A stretch of 64,000 nt of DNA from contig NC_058368.1 of assembly GCF_018350175.1 (NCBI RefSeq), positions 179,802,001 to 179,866,000 on the forward strand, in the 5' to 3' direction. The notes beneath the pieces were generated by a model. It searched no databases and had not been told where the DNA came from. It saw only the letters and a program-made list of their open reading frames with translations. A program made the position numbers and the translations under genes. Numbering within the stretch: position 1 is the stretch's first letter; the number at the start of each line of letters is the position of its first letter. This stretch comes from Felis catus (taxonomy: Eukaryota). Below are positions 26,374 to 38,014 of this stretch, one piece after another.

Positions 26374-26436
26374 GTCTCTGTCTCTCAAGGTAAAATAGAT
26401 AAACACTGAAAAAACAATTTTAATTAAAAATAAAAG
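26167..26436 (+). mobile_element. Can-SINE with expanded (CT)n tract
   Basis: gggggcacctgggtggcccagt head, long CT run and A-rich tail. Perfect TSD agaaaccaaacagt (26153-26166, 26437-26450). Confidence 0.96.
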
Positions 26437-27420
26437 AGAAACCAAACAGTAGCATTGTGAAGGGGTTTGACATTGTAGCTGAAGCCCCAGGTATAACTAA
26501 GCAAGCCTAGAAGTCACAGATTATTTCTCTTGCATAAATTTGGGGGTATAAGTACCTATGAGAGAATACTTTATTGTGTCTGTTAAAAATGAAACTTTAG
26601 CTCCAGGCCTCCCTCTTCCCATCTTTCATCCACTTAAAATGGCATTTTGTGTCCCTGTGGTGTGAAATGGGAAAGGATATTTGCAGCTCAGATGTCCCCA
26701 TGTTGACTTCAGCCTAGGGAGGAGGACAGTTCTGGAAGGGCTCTGCTTGCAGACCCAGGACCTCTGTATTTGCTCCTCCATCTGAAAGGGCAATGGCCTC
26801 TCTTGCAGGGAAGAGCTTCCCCAGAACAGAAGTCTAGTGACACCCACTCTCCCAGCTGCCCCCAGCCATGCTGAGCTTTGGTGAGCTTTGTGCCATGCCT
26901 GCTCTGTGCCTGGCACTGTGCTGAGTACTTTTGTGTCTGCTAATGATCTTGGCAGTCACCAGTTGAACGTTTGAGAGTGTGAGGGTTGGGGAGCGGGGAG
27001 GGGTGCAGTGCTCGTGGTTGGTCAGCAGTAGCCAGAAAGGACAATGCTGAGGGAATTGGATTCAATCGCAGTCTTTCTCTGGGAAATCAAGCATAGTTCT
27101 CAAGCTGTGTACAAGAATGCAGGATCAGATGTCCAGTGTGTTTTGGCTTTGCTATCTGGGAGTTGGGCTATGTGCAGAGTTGACAGGTGCCAGCTTGATG
27201 CTGGTTTGCCATGCAAGCAATTATGCCACAAAAGGGGGCAGGAAGTAGAGGTAGCAAAGGAAGCCTCCATTGGAGACCACAAGTTCCCAATCCATTGGAA
27301 CCATTTCCATCTGACTAATGAGAATAATCTATTTTGCAAATGTGTCAAGTGGGCGCTCTCGGGGGAAGAGACTTCTTGACACTGATGATTCCTAATTTTC
27401 TGACAGTAGATTAGCCAAGG

Positions 27421-27560
27421 TTTTCTTCTTCTTCTTCTTCTTCTTCTCCTCCTCCTCCTCCTCCTCCTCCTCCTCCTTCTTCTTCTTCTTCTTCTTCTTC
27501 TTCTTCTTCTTCTCCTTCTCCTTCTCCTTCTCCTTCTCCTTCTCCTTCTCCTTCTTCTTC
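27421..27560. repeat. Pure-pyrimidine compound repeat (TTC)8(TCC)10(TTC)12(TCCTTC)7(TTC)2
   Basis: Counted directly: 140 nt with no purine on the + strand. Confidence 0.97.
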
Positions 27561-27959
27561 ATCCCCTAACACAATTCCAATAATTTTCTTTCATCACTTT
27601 GTCATTGAGTACCCAAGGAAGACAAACTAAGTTTAGTATTAGCTTTAGTATTTAGTGTTAGCTGTGCAAACAATGAGTAAGGTATCACAGTTAAGAATGG
27701 GGGGAGTATATTTTTAAATTGTATAATTAATTTGATAGCAGAGTCAGTGACTTTGAGTGTCCATCCTGTTGGATGATCAAAGTAGCTACTTTTTTCCTTG
27801 CTCTGTCTACATGCCCCCATTTGTAGCCCAGCCCTGAACAGCTCACTCATGAACCTTTTTCTGCTGTGTGTGAAAGAAAGCCCTATGTGCTCTCACACGG
27901 TGTCGGTTTGCTTGGTTGCATCGTGAATATCCTGAGGCATAGCATCCACGCTGTAGTTG

Positions 27960-28200
27960 AGGGGGATACACAGGAGATGGGCTCTTAAGTGAGATTGGAT
28001 TGAATCTTGCCTCTAACCCCTACCAACTGTGTAATTTGAGTCAGGATACCAGATTGTTCTGGCCTCTGTTCCCCTCTGTATAAATGGGGGTAATGATAGC
28101 TCCTAACTTTGTAGACTTCTTATAAGCATTAAATAAGACAACTTGTGCAAAGTAGGAAGCCTGATGCATGGTGGATCTTAATAGCACTTACTATTATTAT
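27960..28200 (+). mobile_element. MIR SINE
   Basis: ggattgaatcttgcctcta...ggcctctgttcccctctgtataaatgggggtaatgatagctccta...gcattaaataagaca. Confidence 0.75.
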
Positions 28201-29942
28201 TCTCTTCATCCCCATTTTGACCACGGGACAGAAGGACTGTTAATCTTGGAGGCCAAGGTGGGATTTATGTGGACATATAGATAAATAATTTTGTTGGGCA
28301 TGGGAGGACACCAAGATGGACAGATAACTGAATTCTGGGATGTGCCTGTCACCATTGTTGGAGTGTGAACAAATCTCAGGTGAGAACGTGTGGAAAATAA
28401 AGGTCAAGGACCATGTAAAAGTTGGGGCTGTTTTTCTGTACAAACCCAGAAGATGACTTTTGATTGTCTGTGTGTGCCAGAAAGCCCTGAGAGAGAGTCT
28501 TAACCAGCCACAGCAGCTGACCATCACACCCTGCCCAGCACCAAAGGACCCCCTTGCCCTGCTTGTTCTTTATTCCATGGGGCTCTGGAGCCTTCCAAGG
28601 ATCCCACACAGCCTCCCACTCCAGTGCCTGTTGGACAAGGGTGTCTTCCTGGTAAAGTCATTTTCTTCTCCTTCATCTTCTCTCAAGGCTACACAGTGAG
28701 CCTTTTAGGGGCAAAGTCAAAACAAGAACCCCAGTCTCTGATTGCTCGTCCACATCCCCAGATGCCGTACAATCCTAGCTGATTCTAGAAGCCCTCAGTC
28801 AGCTGCCGCTAGAACCCTACATTTTGCAAATGTTATGTTTTGCTTTTGTTTTATTTATAATATGGCATCAAGAGGACTCCAAGGGCTCTCCTAGAATGGG
28901 GAAAAGGCAGGATGCAGCAGAGAAGGTGGGCACTGCCCAGGAGCGAGGTGATGGCTTCCCATGCCAGTGGTCACTTTTTCTTATTCTCATTTTCTGCCTT
29001 TCATCACTGATTCAGGATATTTTTTCCTGATTACTTAAAAAGCATATGAGCAAACAAAACCCTTTCCATGAATCTTGGAGAAGCATGTAGTCACTTAAAA
29101 TAGAGAACAGTTGGAGGACTAAAACAGAGCAGGGCCTGAGGGCAAGATGAGCTAATAGAGGGAGAGTGCCCACCTGGGGGATTCTTTGACCTTCCGCTCA
29201 CACTGCCTCAGCCTTGATATCTGTATAATGGGCTACCATCTGTCCTGCCTGCTTCAGAAGGATTACAGGAAAGGTCCCTGAGAAAGCAAGGGCAGCATCT
29301 CGCAGGTAGAACACCATGCACAGGGCATATATAAGTGAAGGCTAACATATCACAGCTTTTTCACCAACCCCAGGAGCCTGGGCCAGAGCACAGAGCCCCG
29401 AGTCCTGCTCTGTCACAGCCGCTTGTCAGAAACTTCCTAAGGACCCGGCCATTCTTGCACTTGACTGACATCTCAAGTTTCCTCAGCCCCTTTGGAGATG
29501 GAGGGGAAATGTGTATTTTCAGTTTGAGAAGCAAGATAAATCTCAAAATGTCAGACCTGAGGCTTAGAGTACATAAGGGCCGTTTTCATTTGGGGCCTGA
29601 CAGAACTGCGTGGGTTTCCTGGCCTCCAAACACCCACCTACTGAAGTCCCAGAGGCTGACCCTCCTTGAGAGGCTCGAGGGTAAATCCTGCACCCTGTCA
29701 CCCTTTCCAACAAAGGGAACTCTTTGAAGCTCACGCCAAGCTCTGGTGGTCATTATTCCACATGTAAAGGGCCTTTGCTAATACCCATTGGCACTTTCGA
29801 GTACAAGGAGGGCACTGTATCAACCCCCACGAAACGGAAATGCTATTGACACTGGCATAGGAGACCGCAGTTCCTTGTGTTCAGCAATCCTGGGAGGCAC
29901 CTACTAGAAAATATGTTCTGAGGAGTATTCACGCATAGAGAG

Positions 29943-30174
29943 CAGTGTTTCTCAAACTGTATCCTTCAGAACCTTGAGGTTCCATGGACTGTGTCTCAGA
30001 CTGAGACAGAAAGTCTGGAGGAAAGGGGAGGGAACTTGGGAAGCCCAGCGGGCAAGGCTCCAGGCCTTCCTCCTCCAGAACTTCTGCTTTCATCTGTCTT
30101 TTATGTCATGGTTCTGGATGCTGCTTCACTGACAGAAGGTTCCTCTGCTTTTAAAAACAGCTTGAAGACCACTG
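29943..30174. mobile_element. hAT-Charlie-type MITE (family not assigned)
   Basis: Terminal inverted repeats cagtgtttctcaaactg ... cagcttgaagaccactg. Confidence 0.65.
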
Positions 30175-31579
30175 GCTGATTTCGAGGTTCTCTTCACAGG
30201 ATTCAAGCTATAATTATATCCATAGAAAATAAATAAATAAAAACCATTGACAAATCTAGGCGAATTAGCCCTGGCATAAAGTGAAAGTAAACTTCAGTAG
30301 AGTTCTACAGGATTCTGAAGCCTCATAATCTTCTGGGTGTAGTTGAAGGTCCTTGTATGTGTCATCAAGCCCCCCTGCTCCTAACTCATGGGGTTGCCTT
30401 GCACTGTCTGTGAGAAACTTCCACGCACTCTAGCCAGAGAGTGAGCGAACGTGAAAAATCTTCAGCAGTCTCCACAAAGTGAAGAAAATGCAGAGGGTCA
30501 CTGTCTTTTCTGTAAGGGGCAACTTTTCAACCACTGAATGGTGGCCCAGGAGAGGGGAAGGGGGGGGGGGGGGTGAGTCCAGAGGCAAATGCAATGGCTT
30601 TGGGCCAAAACGTAAAACGCACGTTTTCAGGAAAATTAGAAAAATTTGCCTGAGGCAGGTCCTACTTGCACACTGAGTTCTTATATGGGCCCTTTTATAT
30701 TGCTGTTTGCTTTGCTTTTAAATAAAAAATGAGGGCCTGCCAACCAGGGGGCCCCTCAGTCCCTGAAAGCGTCTGCACAGAGCTGTCCCCACCCCCACTC
30801 CCAGGCTCCTGGGTCAGAGGCAGATAGGAATTGCAAACCAGTGTCTATGGGGGGTGTGGGGGGAAGAGGCAGGCAGGAGTCTGGGCTGGCTTTGTCCCAT
30901 AAAGGAAAAGCAGGGATGGCCACTCTGAGAAAGGGGCTTTCTCCTCTCAGGTTTCAGGGGCGGGCCCTTGAAAACAATTTGCCTGCTAGAAAGACTAAAA
31001 AGGATCTTCACAGGGTCCCAGGCAAAACCAGGAGAGAATGGCAAGCCTCTTCCAGGCTCTCAGGACAGACCACCATAGCACTGGGTTTTCCCAGGCCAGC
31101 ATTCCCTCAGTCCTGCTGGAGGAAAAAAAGCCAAGATGGACAGCATGATTTATGATGCCTGTGATCCTCCTCCACACCCAGGGCACAGTGTCCTTCCTGA
31201 GAGGGGGGCTGCAGGCCCACAGGCTGCCAGGCAGGTGGCAGGGTGAGGCCATGCACTTGCTGGTGAGACCAGGAACCTGGGAGTACTTCAGATCCCAACT
31301 GACCACTTCCTCCTGTTGAGCCCTCCCAGCCTCGAGTTCCTCACCTCTTGTGTGGACACAAGAACAGAACTGCTTTCTAAGGCTTTTTGGAAGGCTGAAA
31401 GGAGAGAGTCTGTGTGGAATGCACAGCTCAGCCCTTGACACATAGTAGCCACTTGTGTGAGTGTTAGATATCACTAATTTAGCCATGCTTGTTGGGAAGC
31501 CAGCACCCTAATGTAGTATCTAATAAGGGCATCCCTTTTGTGATAAAAAAAAAAAAAAAAAAGATCTCAGCAATGTCAT

Positions 31580-31765
31580 TGCTTCCTGTGTGATTTTGGA
31601 TCAATTCCTTGACCTCTCTAGCTTCATTTTCCCCTTTGGAAGATGAGATGGTAATGTCTATCTCACAAGGCAGCCAGGACGAATGAAAGGATGTAATGAA
31701 GATAAGTGCTTAGCACAGGGCCTGGCACTTACCACACAATGAATAATGATAGGTATCATTATTAA
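31580..31765 (+). mobile_element. MIR SINE
   Basis: tgtgtgattttggatcaattccttgacctctcta...aagtgcttagcacagggcctggcac. Confidence 0.8.
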
Positions 31766-32105
31766 TGCTAGCTAGCTCTCAGGTATGGTATTCACCAAGG
31801 AGAACTTAAGTGCTTGCTTTTTTCCCCTAAAACCTCTGTTCCCCAAACTGAACCGGTAGTCAGGAGAGGGACATAAGCACTGATCCACCCGAGAGCATCA
31901 ATCTCCCCATGGGCCCCGCACCCTGGTCCCCTTGAGTCTCCTTAGAGAGCTGTGCTGTTGACAGCTCTTGGCTGGGACAGGGATGAAATTGTTTTCAGTG
32001 TTTTGATTCTCATCAAATTTAATAAAAATCACACTCTTTAAGGCTGTGAGGTGATGGTGAAAGGTATATAGTGAAAGATAAAGTCCTAGCTATGAAAGTG
32101 AAGCA

Positions 32106-32306
32106 GGGGCACCTGTGTGGCTCAGTCAGTTAAACAACGAACTCTTGATTTCAGCTCAGGTCACAATCTCAGTTTGTGAGTTCGAGTCCTGAGTTGGGCT
32201 CTGTGCTGATGGTGCGGAACCTGCTTGGGATTCTCTCCCCACCCCTTCCCCTCCCCCACTCACTCTTTCTTTCGAAATAAATAAATAAACTTTAAAAAAT
32301 TTAAGA
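32106..32306 (+). mobile_element. Can-SINE (older, host of a nested SINE)
   Basis: ggggcacctgtgtggctcagtcagtt...actcttgatttcagctcaggtcacaatctc. Outer degenerate TSD gaaagtgaagcag / ggaagcgaagtag brackets both SINEs. Confidence 0.93.
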
Positions 32307-32520
32307 GGGGCGCCTGAGTGGCTCAGTCAGTTAAGCATTGGACTTCAGCTCAGGTCATGATCTCACAGTTTGTGAATTGGAGCCCCGCATCGGGCTCTGT
32401 GCTGACAGCTCAGAGCCTGAAGCCTGCTTTGGATTCTGTGTCTCCCTCCCCAACTCATGCTCTGTCTCTCTCTCTCTCAAAAAAAAAAATAAATAAATAA
32501 ACATTAAAAAAAATAGTAAA
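32307..32520 (+). mobile_element. Can-SINE inserted in the A tail of the preceding SINE
   Basis: ggggcgcctgagtggctcagtc head. Inner TSD tttaaaaaatttaaga (32291-32306) / tttaaaacaatttaaga (32521-32537). Confidence 0.93.
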
Positions 32521-34597
32521 TTTAAAACAATTTAAGAAAAAAAGGAAGCGAAGTAGAATTAACAGGACTTCACAGGATTTGAATCACTTAAAACAAAACA
32601 AAAAACATGTAGCATGAAAACAGAGGTTTTCCCTGAGCATTTGGAAGCTGGGGTAGGACTTTCTCAACCTGTCCTATCCCCAGCTCACCACCCCCATTCC
32701 CCACCCACCTGCCAGTACAGTTACCAAGGGCAGAAGACGGACATCCCCCCGCCACACACACATCCCGAGATCTCCTGCCTCCATTGGGCTGTCCTCAGAG
32801 CTCACCCCCTTCCCATCTTTTGGGTAAAGTTGCTTTAGGATCTGCCAACTTGGTCTGAGCACAAGGAACTCAAGACCCTGTTCTGAACCCAAATAAATAG
32901 CAGGAGAGGCTGCTGTGGAATTTTTATGGAATGGGTCTGGACTTTCTTGTCTCCTCAGCTTAACCTCTAAACCATTTTGTGCCAGCTACATACCTATTCG
33001 CAGAATTGTTAGAAATAAAAGGAACCTCCGAGGACACTCAGCCTGACCCCATCACTTTAAAGGAGAAAGAAATCGAACCTCAGGTGAATAATGTGTTCAG
33101 GATCCCACCACCAGTTTCTGGCCGCCCAGGGAGTAAAACCCAGATCTCTCGAAGCTGATGACCTGTTTCTCAACTCACTCTCTCCTGCCCTCCCATTTCT
33201 GTAGAGCTGTGGGGGCAGTGACTCTGCTTCCTTTTCCAGGGCTTTTGCCCACACTGTTTCACATTAGTGTGTGTCTGCCTTTTCCATTCTTGTGGGTGTT
33301 GGTTACAATTCAGATTTGCCTAAATCTTTTAGGGTTCAGCTGTTCTCCCACAGAGAACTTTTGGAATTATATTAGGTGCAGAGTGGTTAGCTGTGACTTG
33401 TCCTGGGCCTTCCCCCAGTCGGGCTCTCCTTGCAAACCCTGAGGAGCAAGACAAGAGTGGCAAATCCCACAGGATATTTGCTAGTCTTTACTGTGTTCTT
33501 CGTAGATACCTTTCAAGTAGCCGAACCCGGGTTTGAGTCCTATTTTGTGGAAGAATCACTTGGTTCGTTCCTTCTGCATGTAGATACTCCTATTTCCTGC
33601 AGAGTTTGTTTTGAGAAACCAATTTCTCAATGTTTTGTTACTAGTAAGAATTCTGTTTTGTGAGAATTTTTAACAAACAAAAAAAGTCCCTTCTTGAAGA
33701 TGTATGCTTACCGTATTCAGTTATTAATGGATTCACCTGGTTTTCATGACTTTGGAAAAGAAGCATTCTTTCCCTCCTGTTTTGCAAAGATTCCCTGCAT
33801 TCAGTTTAGCTTTCTAATAAAAAACTTGAATTCAGGGGTGTGTCTCTGAGCAAATCCATTTGGTAGTGCCAGGGCTGGGACTGTGGAGAAAATAAATGTC
33901 TGATAACATTGAGGGCAGAGGTTGGCTACAGCCAGATTGGTTAATGAAAATATATCCAGAAAATTTTGCTTTCTGAAGTGAACAAGGAGGGCAGACGGCT
34001 GGCACAGCTGAGATGGGGAAGTACCAAAGAGATAATAGGAGAAAGCTAGTACATTCTTTGCTCTGGAAGCAAAATGCAGGAAGGCTTGCACGGCTCAGTT
34101 TGTGCCCTGCTGGCCTTTGGGGGAATCTCCTAGTTAATCCTCCTCCAACCTACCCCACCATACCAAAGTGAGGTCTGGGTAGGTGTGCCATCCAGTAAAT
34201 TTAAATCCCAGCCCTTATTACCCTTGTATGATGTGTGCCAGTTGAGGGACGCATTAATAATGTCCCTGAGCATGTGGTGTGAAGTTTGCTGTAAGTTAGA
34301 TCTTTCAGTCTCCCTGGGTGTATCCTGCTCTGGGTTGCTGTTTTCCAGAAGTTATTCTGAGAGAGTGGCCAGGAAGCCAGACACCCCTCCTTCTGTATCC
34401 TGTGGCTCCAAGTGGACGGGAAGCCCATGGAAAGAGCTGTGTTTCCCATGCTGGGAAAACTGGATGTTGTCTATGATCCCTCCCAAATATACAATTATAG
34501 AGTTCTAGGGCTTTGGCAAATTGTATGCCCATGTCACTGTGAAGGAAAAGAAAACCACGTGGTCAAGTGAGAAGAGCAATGTGGCAGAGAAATGTCC

Positions 34598-34921
34598 TAG
34601 AATGGCCAACCACCCCGGTCTGCCAGGGACTGAGGGAATTCCCAGGACCCAGGACTTTGAGCTTTAAAACCAGGAAAGTTCTTAGGGCACCTGGGTGGCT
34701 CGGTCGGTTAACCATCCAATTTCAGCTCAGGTCATGATCTCATGGTTCATGAGTTCGAGCCCTGCATCAGAATCTCTGCTGTCAGCACAGAGCCTGCTTC
34801 GGACCCTCTGTACCTCTCTCTCTCTGCCCCTCCCCACTTGCACTATCTCTGTCTCTCAAAAATAAATAAACATAAAAAACATTTTAAATCAGGAAAGTTC
34901 TGGACAAAAATCAGTCACCTC
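34598..34921. mobile_element. MER81-like hAT-Blackjack MITE interrupted by a SINE
   Basis: tagaatggccaaccaccccggtctgccagggactgagggaattcccaggacccaggactttgagctttaaaaccaggaaagttc[SINE]tggacaaa...cagtcacctc matches the recalled MER81 layout. Confidence 0.7.
34683..34885 (+). mobile_element. Can-SINE
   Basis: agggcacctgggtggctcggtcggttaa head. TSD aaaccaggaaagttct (34667-34682) / aaatcaggaaagttct (34886-34901). Confidence 0.96.
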
Positions 34922-35321
34922 AGGTTCACTTAGGTGCCCCACATCAGCCTCCCTGACGTGTTATGGTAGATATGGGTTGGGGAAGCCCAGCCTAGAGGGG
35001 ATTTCTAAACCCAACAGGCTTTCTGGTGGAGCATGGCTAATGGAGGAAGGGGGGTGGGTGCTAACCCAAAAGGATGCCAAAAGAGAGTGCCTTGAAGTGC
35101 TGGTGACTTTTGTATCTGCTTTAGCTGTGCCTATTTGGGCTGTTGTGTACCGATAAAAAACTCACAGACAATGGAAACAAGAGCTTATGAGGATTCTGAG
35201 TTCACCCCTGCCCCCACTCCAACACCATTAAAGGAAAAAGAAAAGTCATCTCTATATTCCATAAGAAATCATTTCATCTTCTTCCTGTTCTGGGAATGGA
35301 AGATTTCTCTACAATGGATAG

Positions 35322-35339
35322 GCTGCCACCTTGTGGCCA
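35322..35339 (-). promoter_or_regulatory. Candidate CTCF binding site
   Basis: Minus strand reads TGGCCACAAGGTGGCAGC, a close match to the CTCF core TGGCCACCAGGTGGCAGC, in non-repeat sequence. Confidence 0.5.
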
Positions 35340-35469
35340 TAGGGGAATGTGGGACAGTGCAGCTAACCACAGAGAAGGCAGTGCCCCTGGGTTAGAATCA
35401 ATTCAGCCCCCAACTCCTAAGAGGCAGCAAGCTAAGTTCTGTGCAACTAAGGCTGTAATGAGATTAACA

Positions 35470-35690
35470 AGGGTAGAGCATATTATGTGCATACGAGAAA
35501 CAACTATGCCTAGCACATTCCATGCAGTTTCTCTGAGAGCGCTCCCATCATCCTGAGAGGTAGGTGTTATCATCACCATTTTACAGATGAGGAAACAAAG
35601 ACAGGGATTGTCACTTTTTTAAGGTGACAAAACAAAGAGCTAGTGCTTGAAAGCAGGAGAGCCTGACCCTAAAACTCATGGCCTCACCCA
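35470..35690 (-). mobile_element. MIR SINE
   Basis: cctgagaggtaggtgttatcatcaccattttacagatgaggaaacaaagac. Confidence 0.8.
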
Positions 35691-36019
35691 CTTGTCTGGA
35701 CAGAGGGTGAGATTAGCATGAACAGAAACAGCACAGCACAGAGTCTGGGTGGAAGAGATGGGCCATCCTGAATATATGGGAGAGACTCACGTGGGGGACC
35801 CAAAGGTTGGATGCAAGGCAGGGGTAAGGCAGGGGGTGGTTCTGATGTCAAATGCAGTGGGATCCAGAGTACAGGGAGAGAACTAGAGTTGTCGGGATTA
35901 CGGGTTAGGCAGAAGGCAAGATGGAGCAGCCATTGGAAGAAGGGTAGGAGTCAGGTGAGCACCGTTATCTACTGCTTAGTGACCATTAAATGATGTGCTG
36001 ACAGACCCCCAGCGCCATA

Positions 36020-36250
36020 AACGTTAGCTTCTATCACCGATATTTGCTAGCGTGAGACCCATGCTAAGCGTTTTGAACATATTTCATTAATTTGCAAGAG
36101 CTCCGTGAGATCTGATTTATTATGAACCCCGTTTCGTAGGTGAGGAAACTGAGCCTCGGAGACGTTGTCACTTACCCATAGTCATATGGAGGATAAATGA
36201 GAGTCACGGCTTGCACCCAGGTCCTTCTGCCTCAGAGCCTGCACTAAAAC
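36020..36250 (-). mobile_element. MIR SINE
   Basis: atgctaagcgtttt...ccccgtttcgtaggtgaggaaactgagcctcggagacg...cacttacccatagtcata...cccaggtccttctgcctcagagcc. Confidence 0.8.
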
Positions 36251-36859
36251 GTCCACGTGTTTACTGGTGGAGGAGAACAAAACCAGTGCAGACATGGAGG
36301 GCAGTGCTCACAGCATGTGCGGAAGAGTCGAAGCCAGGCAGCAGCAGAGAAGGGTTCACGCAGGGCAGATGCGCGAGGGTCTAGGAACCGAAACAAGGGC
36401 CCGGCTGCCTGTGTTCTGGCTGGTGAATGTGCTGGGAGCCCTCTCCCTCCAGCTACTGGTGTGGGTGGAGAGCTGCCTTTGTACCACCTAGGGGAGAGGA
36501 GGACCTCACAGTAGCAGGGTTGACTTGTCCTTATTCACACCACTGGGAAGTGCATGGTGTGACACCTGCACTTATCAGTCGACCCCAAGCAATTCACCTC
36601 TCTGAGCCTCAGTTTTCCCACCTATAATATGGGGATCACTGTGTTTACCCTACATCATGGTATTTACCTACCTAGCAGCTAGCACCATGGGAGGGCAAAT
36701 TATGAGAATTAACCGTAAGAAGAGATGTGAAAAGGACCACAGGAGAGTATGAGTCACAGGATGAAACTGAATGTATGTGCCTATGGGAAGACTCGGTGTC
36801 AGCATGGTGTATGAAGAATCCAAATGTAGTATGTTCTTTGTGAGGCTGGACAGCTCATT

Positions 36860-37076
36860 AAAAAAAAAAAAAACAACAACTTTTCTAATGTTTATTTATT
36901 TTTGGTAGAGACAGAGCATGAGAGGGGGAGGGGCCGAGAGAGAGGGAGACACAGAATCCAAAGCAGGCTCAGAGCTGTCAGCACAGAGCCCAACGCGGGG
37001 CTTAAATTCATGAACCGTGAGATCATGACCTGAGCCAAAGTCGGTTGCTTAGCCAGCTGAGCCACCCAAGCACCCC
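36860..37076 (-). mobile_element. Can-SINE
   Basis: ...gagatcatgacctgagccaaagtcgg...ctgagccacccaagcacccc. Degenerate TSD tggacagctcatt / tggatagttcatt. Confidence 0.95.
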
Positions 37077-37106
37077 TGGATAGTTCATTTAAAAAGCCCT
37101 ACTACA

Positions 37107-37640
37107 TTGGTTAGGTATCTTTCAGTTACAAAGTTTTAGGAAAAGCCAACCCAAATTTACCTTATTAAAAAAAAAAAAAAGAGTGACTGTATCATGGATC
37201 TGAAAAGCACCCCTAGGATGCAACCACCATACCCCCAATTCCTCTCTCCCTCTCTCTCTCTCTCCCTCTCTCTCCCTCCCCCCCCCCCCCTCACTAGTTT
37301 TCTCTGCATTGCCTCCATTTGCAGACAGGTGCTCCCCTCACTGTGGTAAGGGGACCACCACAGCTCCAGACCTCACATCTTCTAGGCTCAGATTGAGTGG
37401 AGAATAATACCTGCCTTTGTCTCTGTTCCAGCATTTCTGCAAACACACCCCCCTCCCGTTGGGTGCAGCTGGGGACAGAGGAATGAGAAGCTGTGGCTCA
37501 GCCCCGGGCCACATGCTCTGCCCACCCAAGCACAGGAACCGACACATAGAGAAGGCTGGCTGCACAAAGGAAGATGGGGGCTGTTGCAATAAAAACCAGG
37601 GAGAGAAATGCTGGGGAGATAAGGCATCAGTCAACACATG
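37107..37640 (-). mobile_element. MLT1-type ERVL-MaLR LTR remnant
   Basis: ttggttaggtatctttcagttaca...aagccaacccaaatttacctta...ttctctgcattgcctccatttgcagacagg...cagctccagacctcacatcttc. Ends approximate. Confidence 0.65.
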
Positions 37641-38014
37641 TTCCCCCTCTTTGCCTTGCCCTTTAGTTTGGGATACTCCTCCTGCTGAACCAAAGCTGCT
37701 ACTTTGTTCTTCTGATGACTCGCTGATGAACCGCAAAGCAGAGATTGCTGAAACGTAATCTCTTTCTGCTCCCTAAGACCTTGCAGAATCAAAAAGAAAA
37801 AAAAAATGGGCAGAGTGACCTTGGAGCAGGATGGCATATACCTGGCTCAGCTCCTATGACAGCCATAGATGGAACTGGGTCCTGACTTCTATTGAAAGAA
37901 TTCAAGTGTACTCAGGCTGCAGTTTGGTCCCCCTTCTGAATTGAAGTCCTGCTCAGGTGGCTGGCTATAGGTGCAGCACCAAAAATCCCTGGCCTTAAGA
38001 AATTTCATCTGGTA

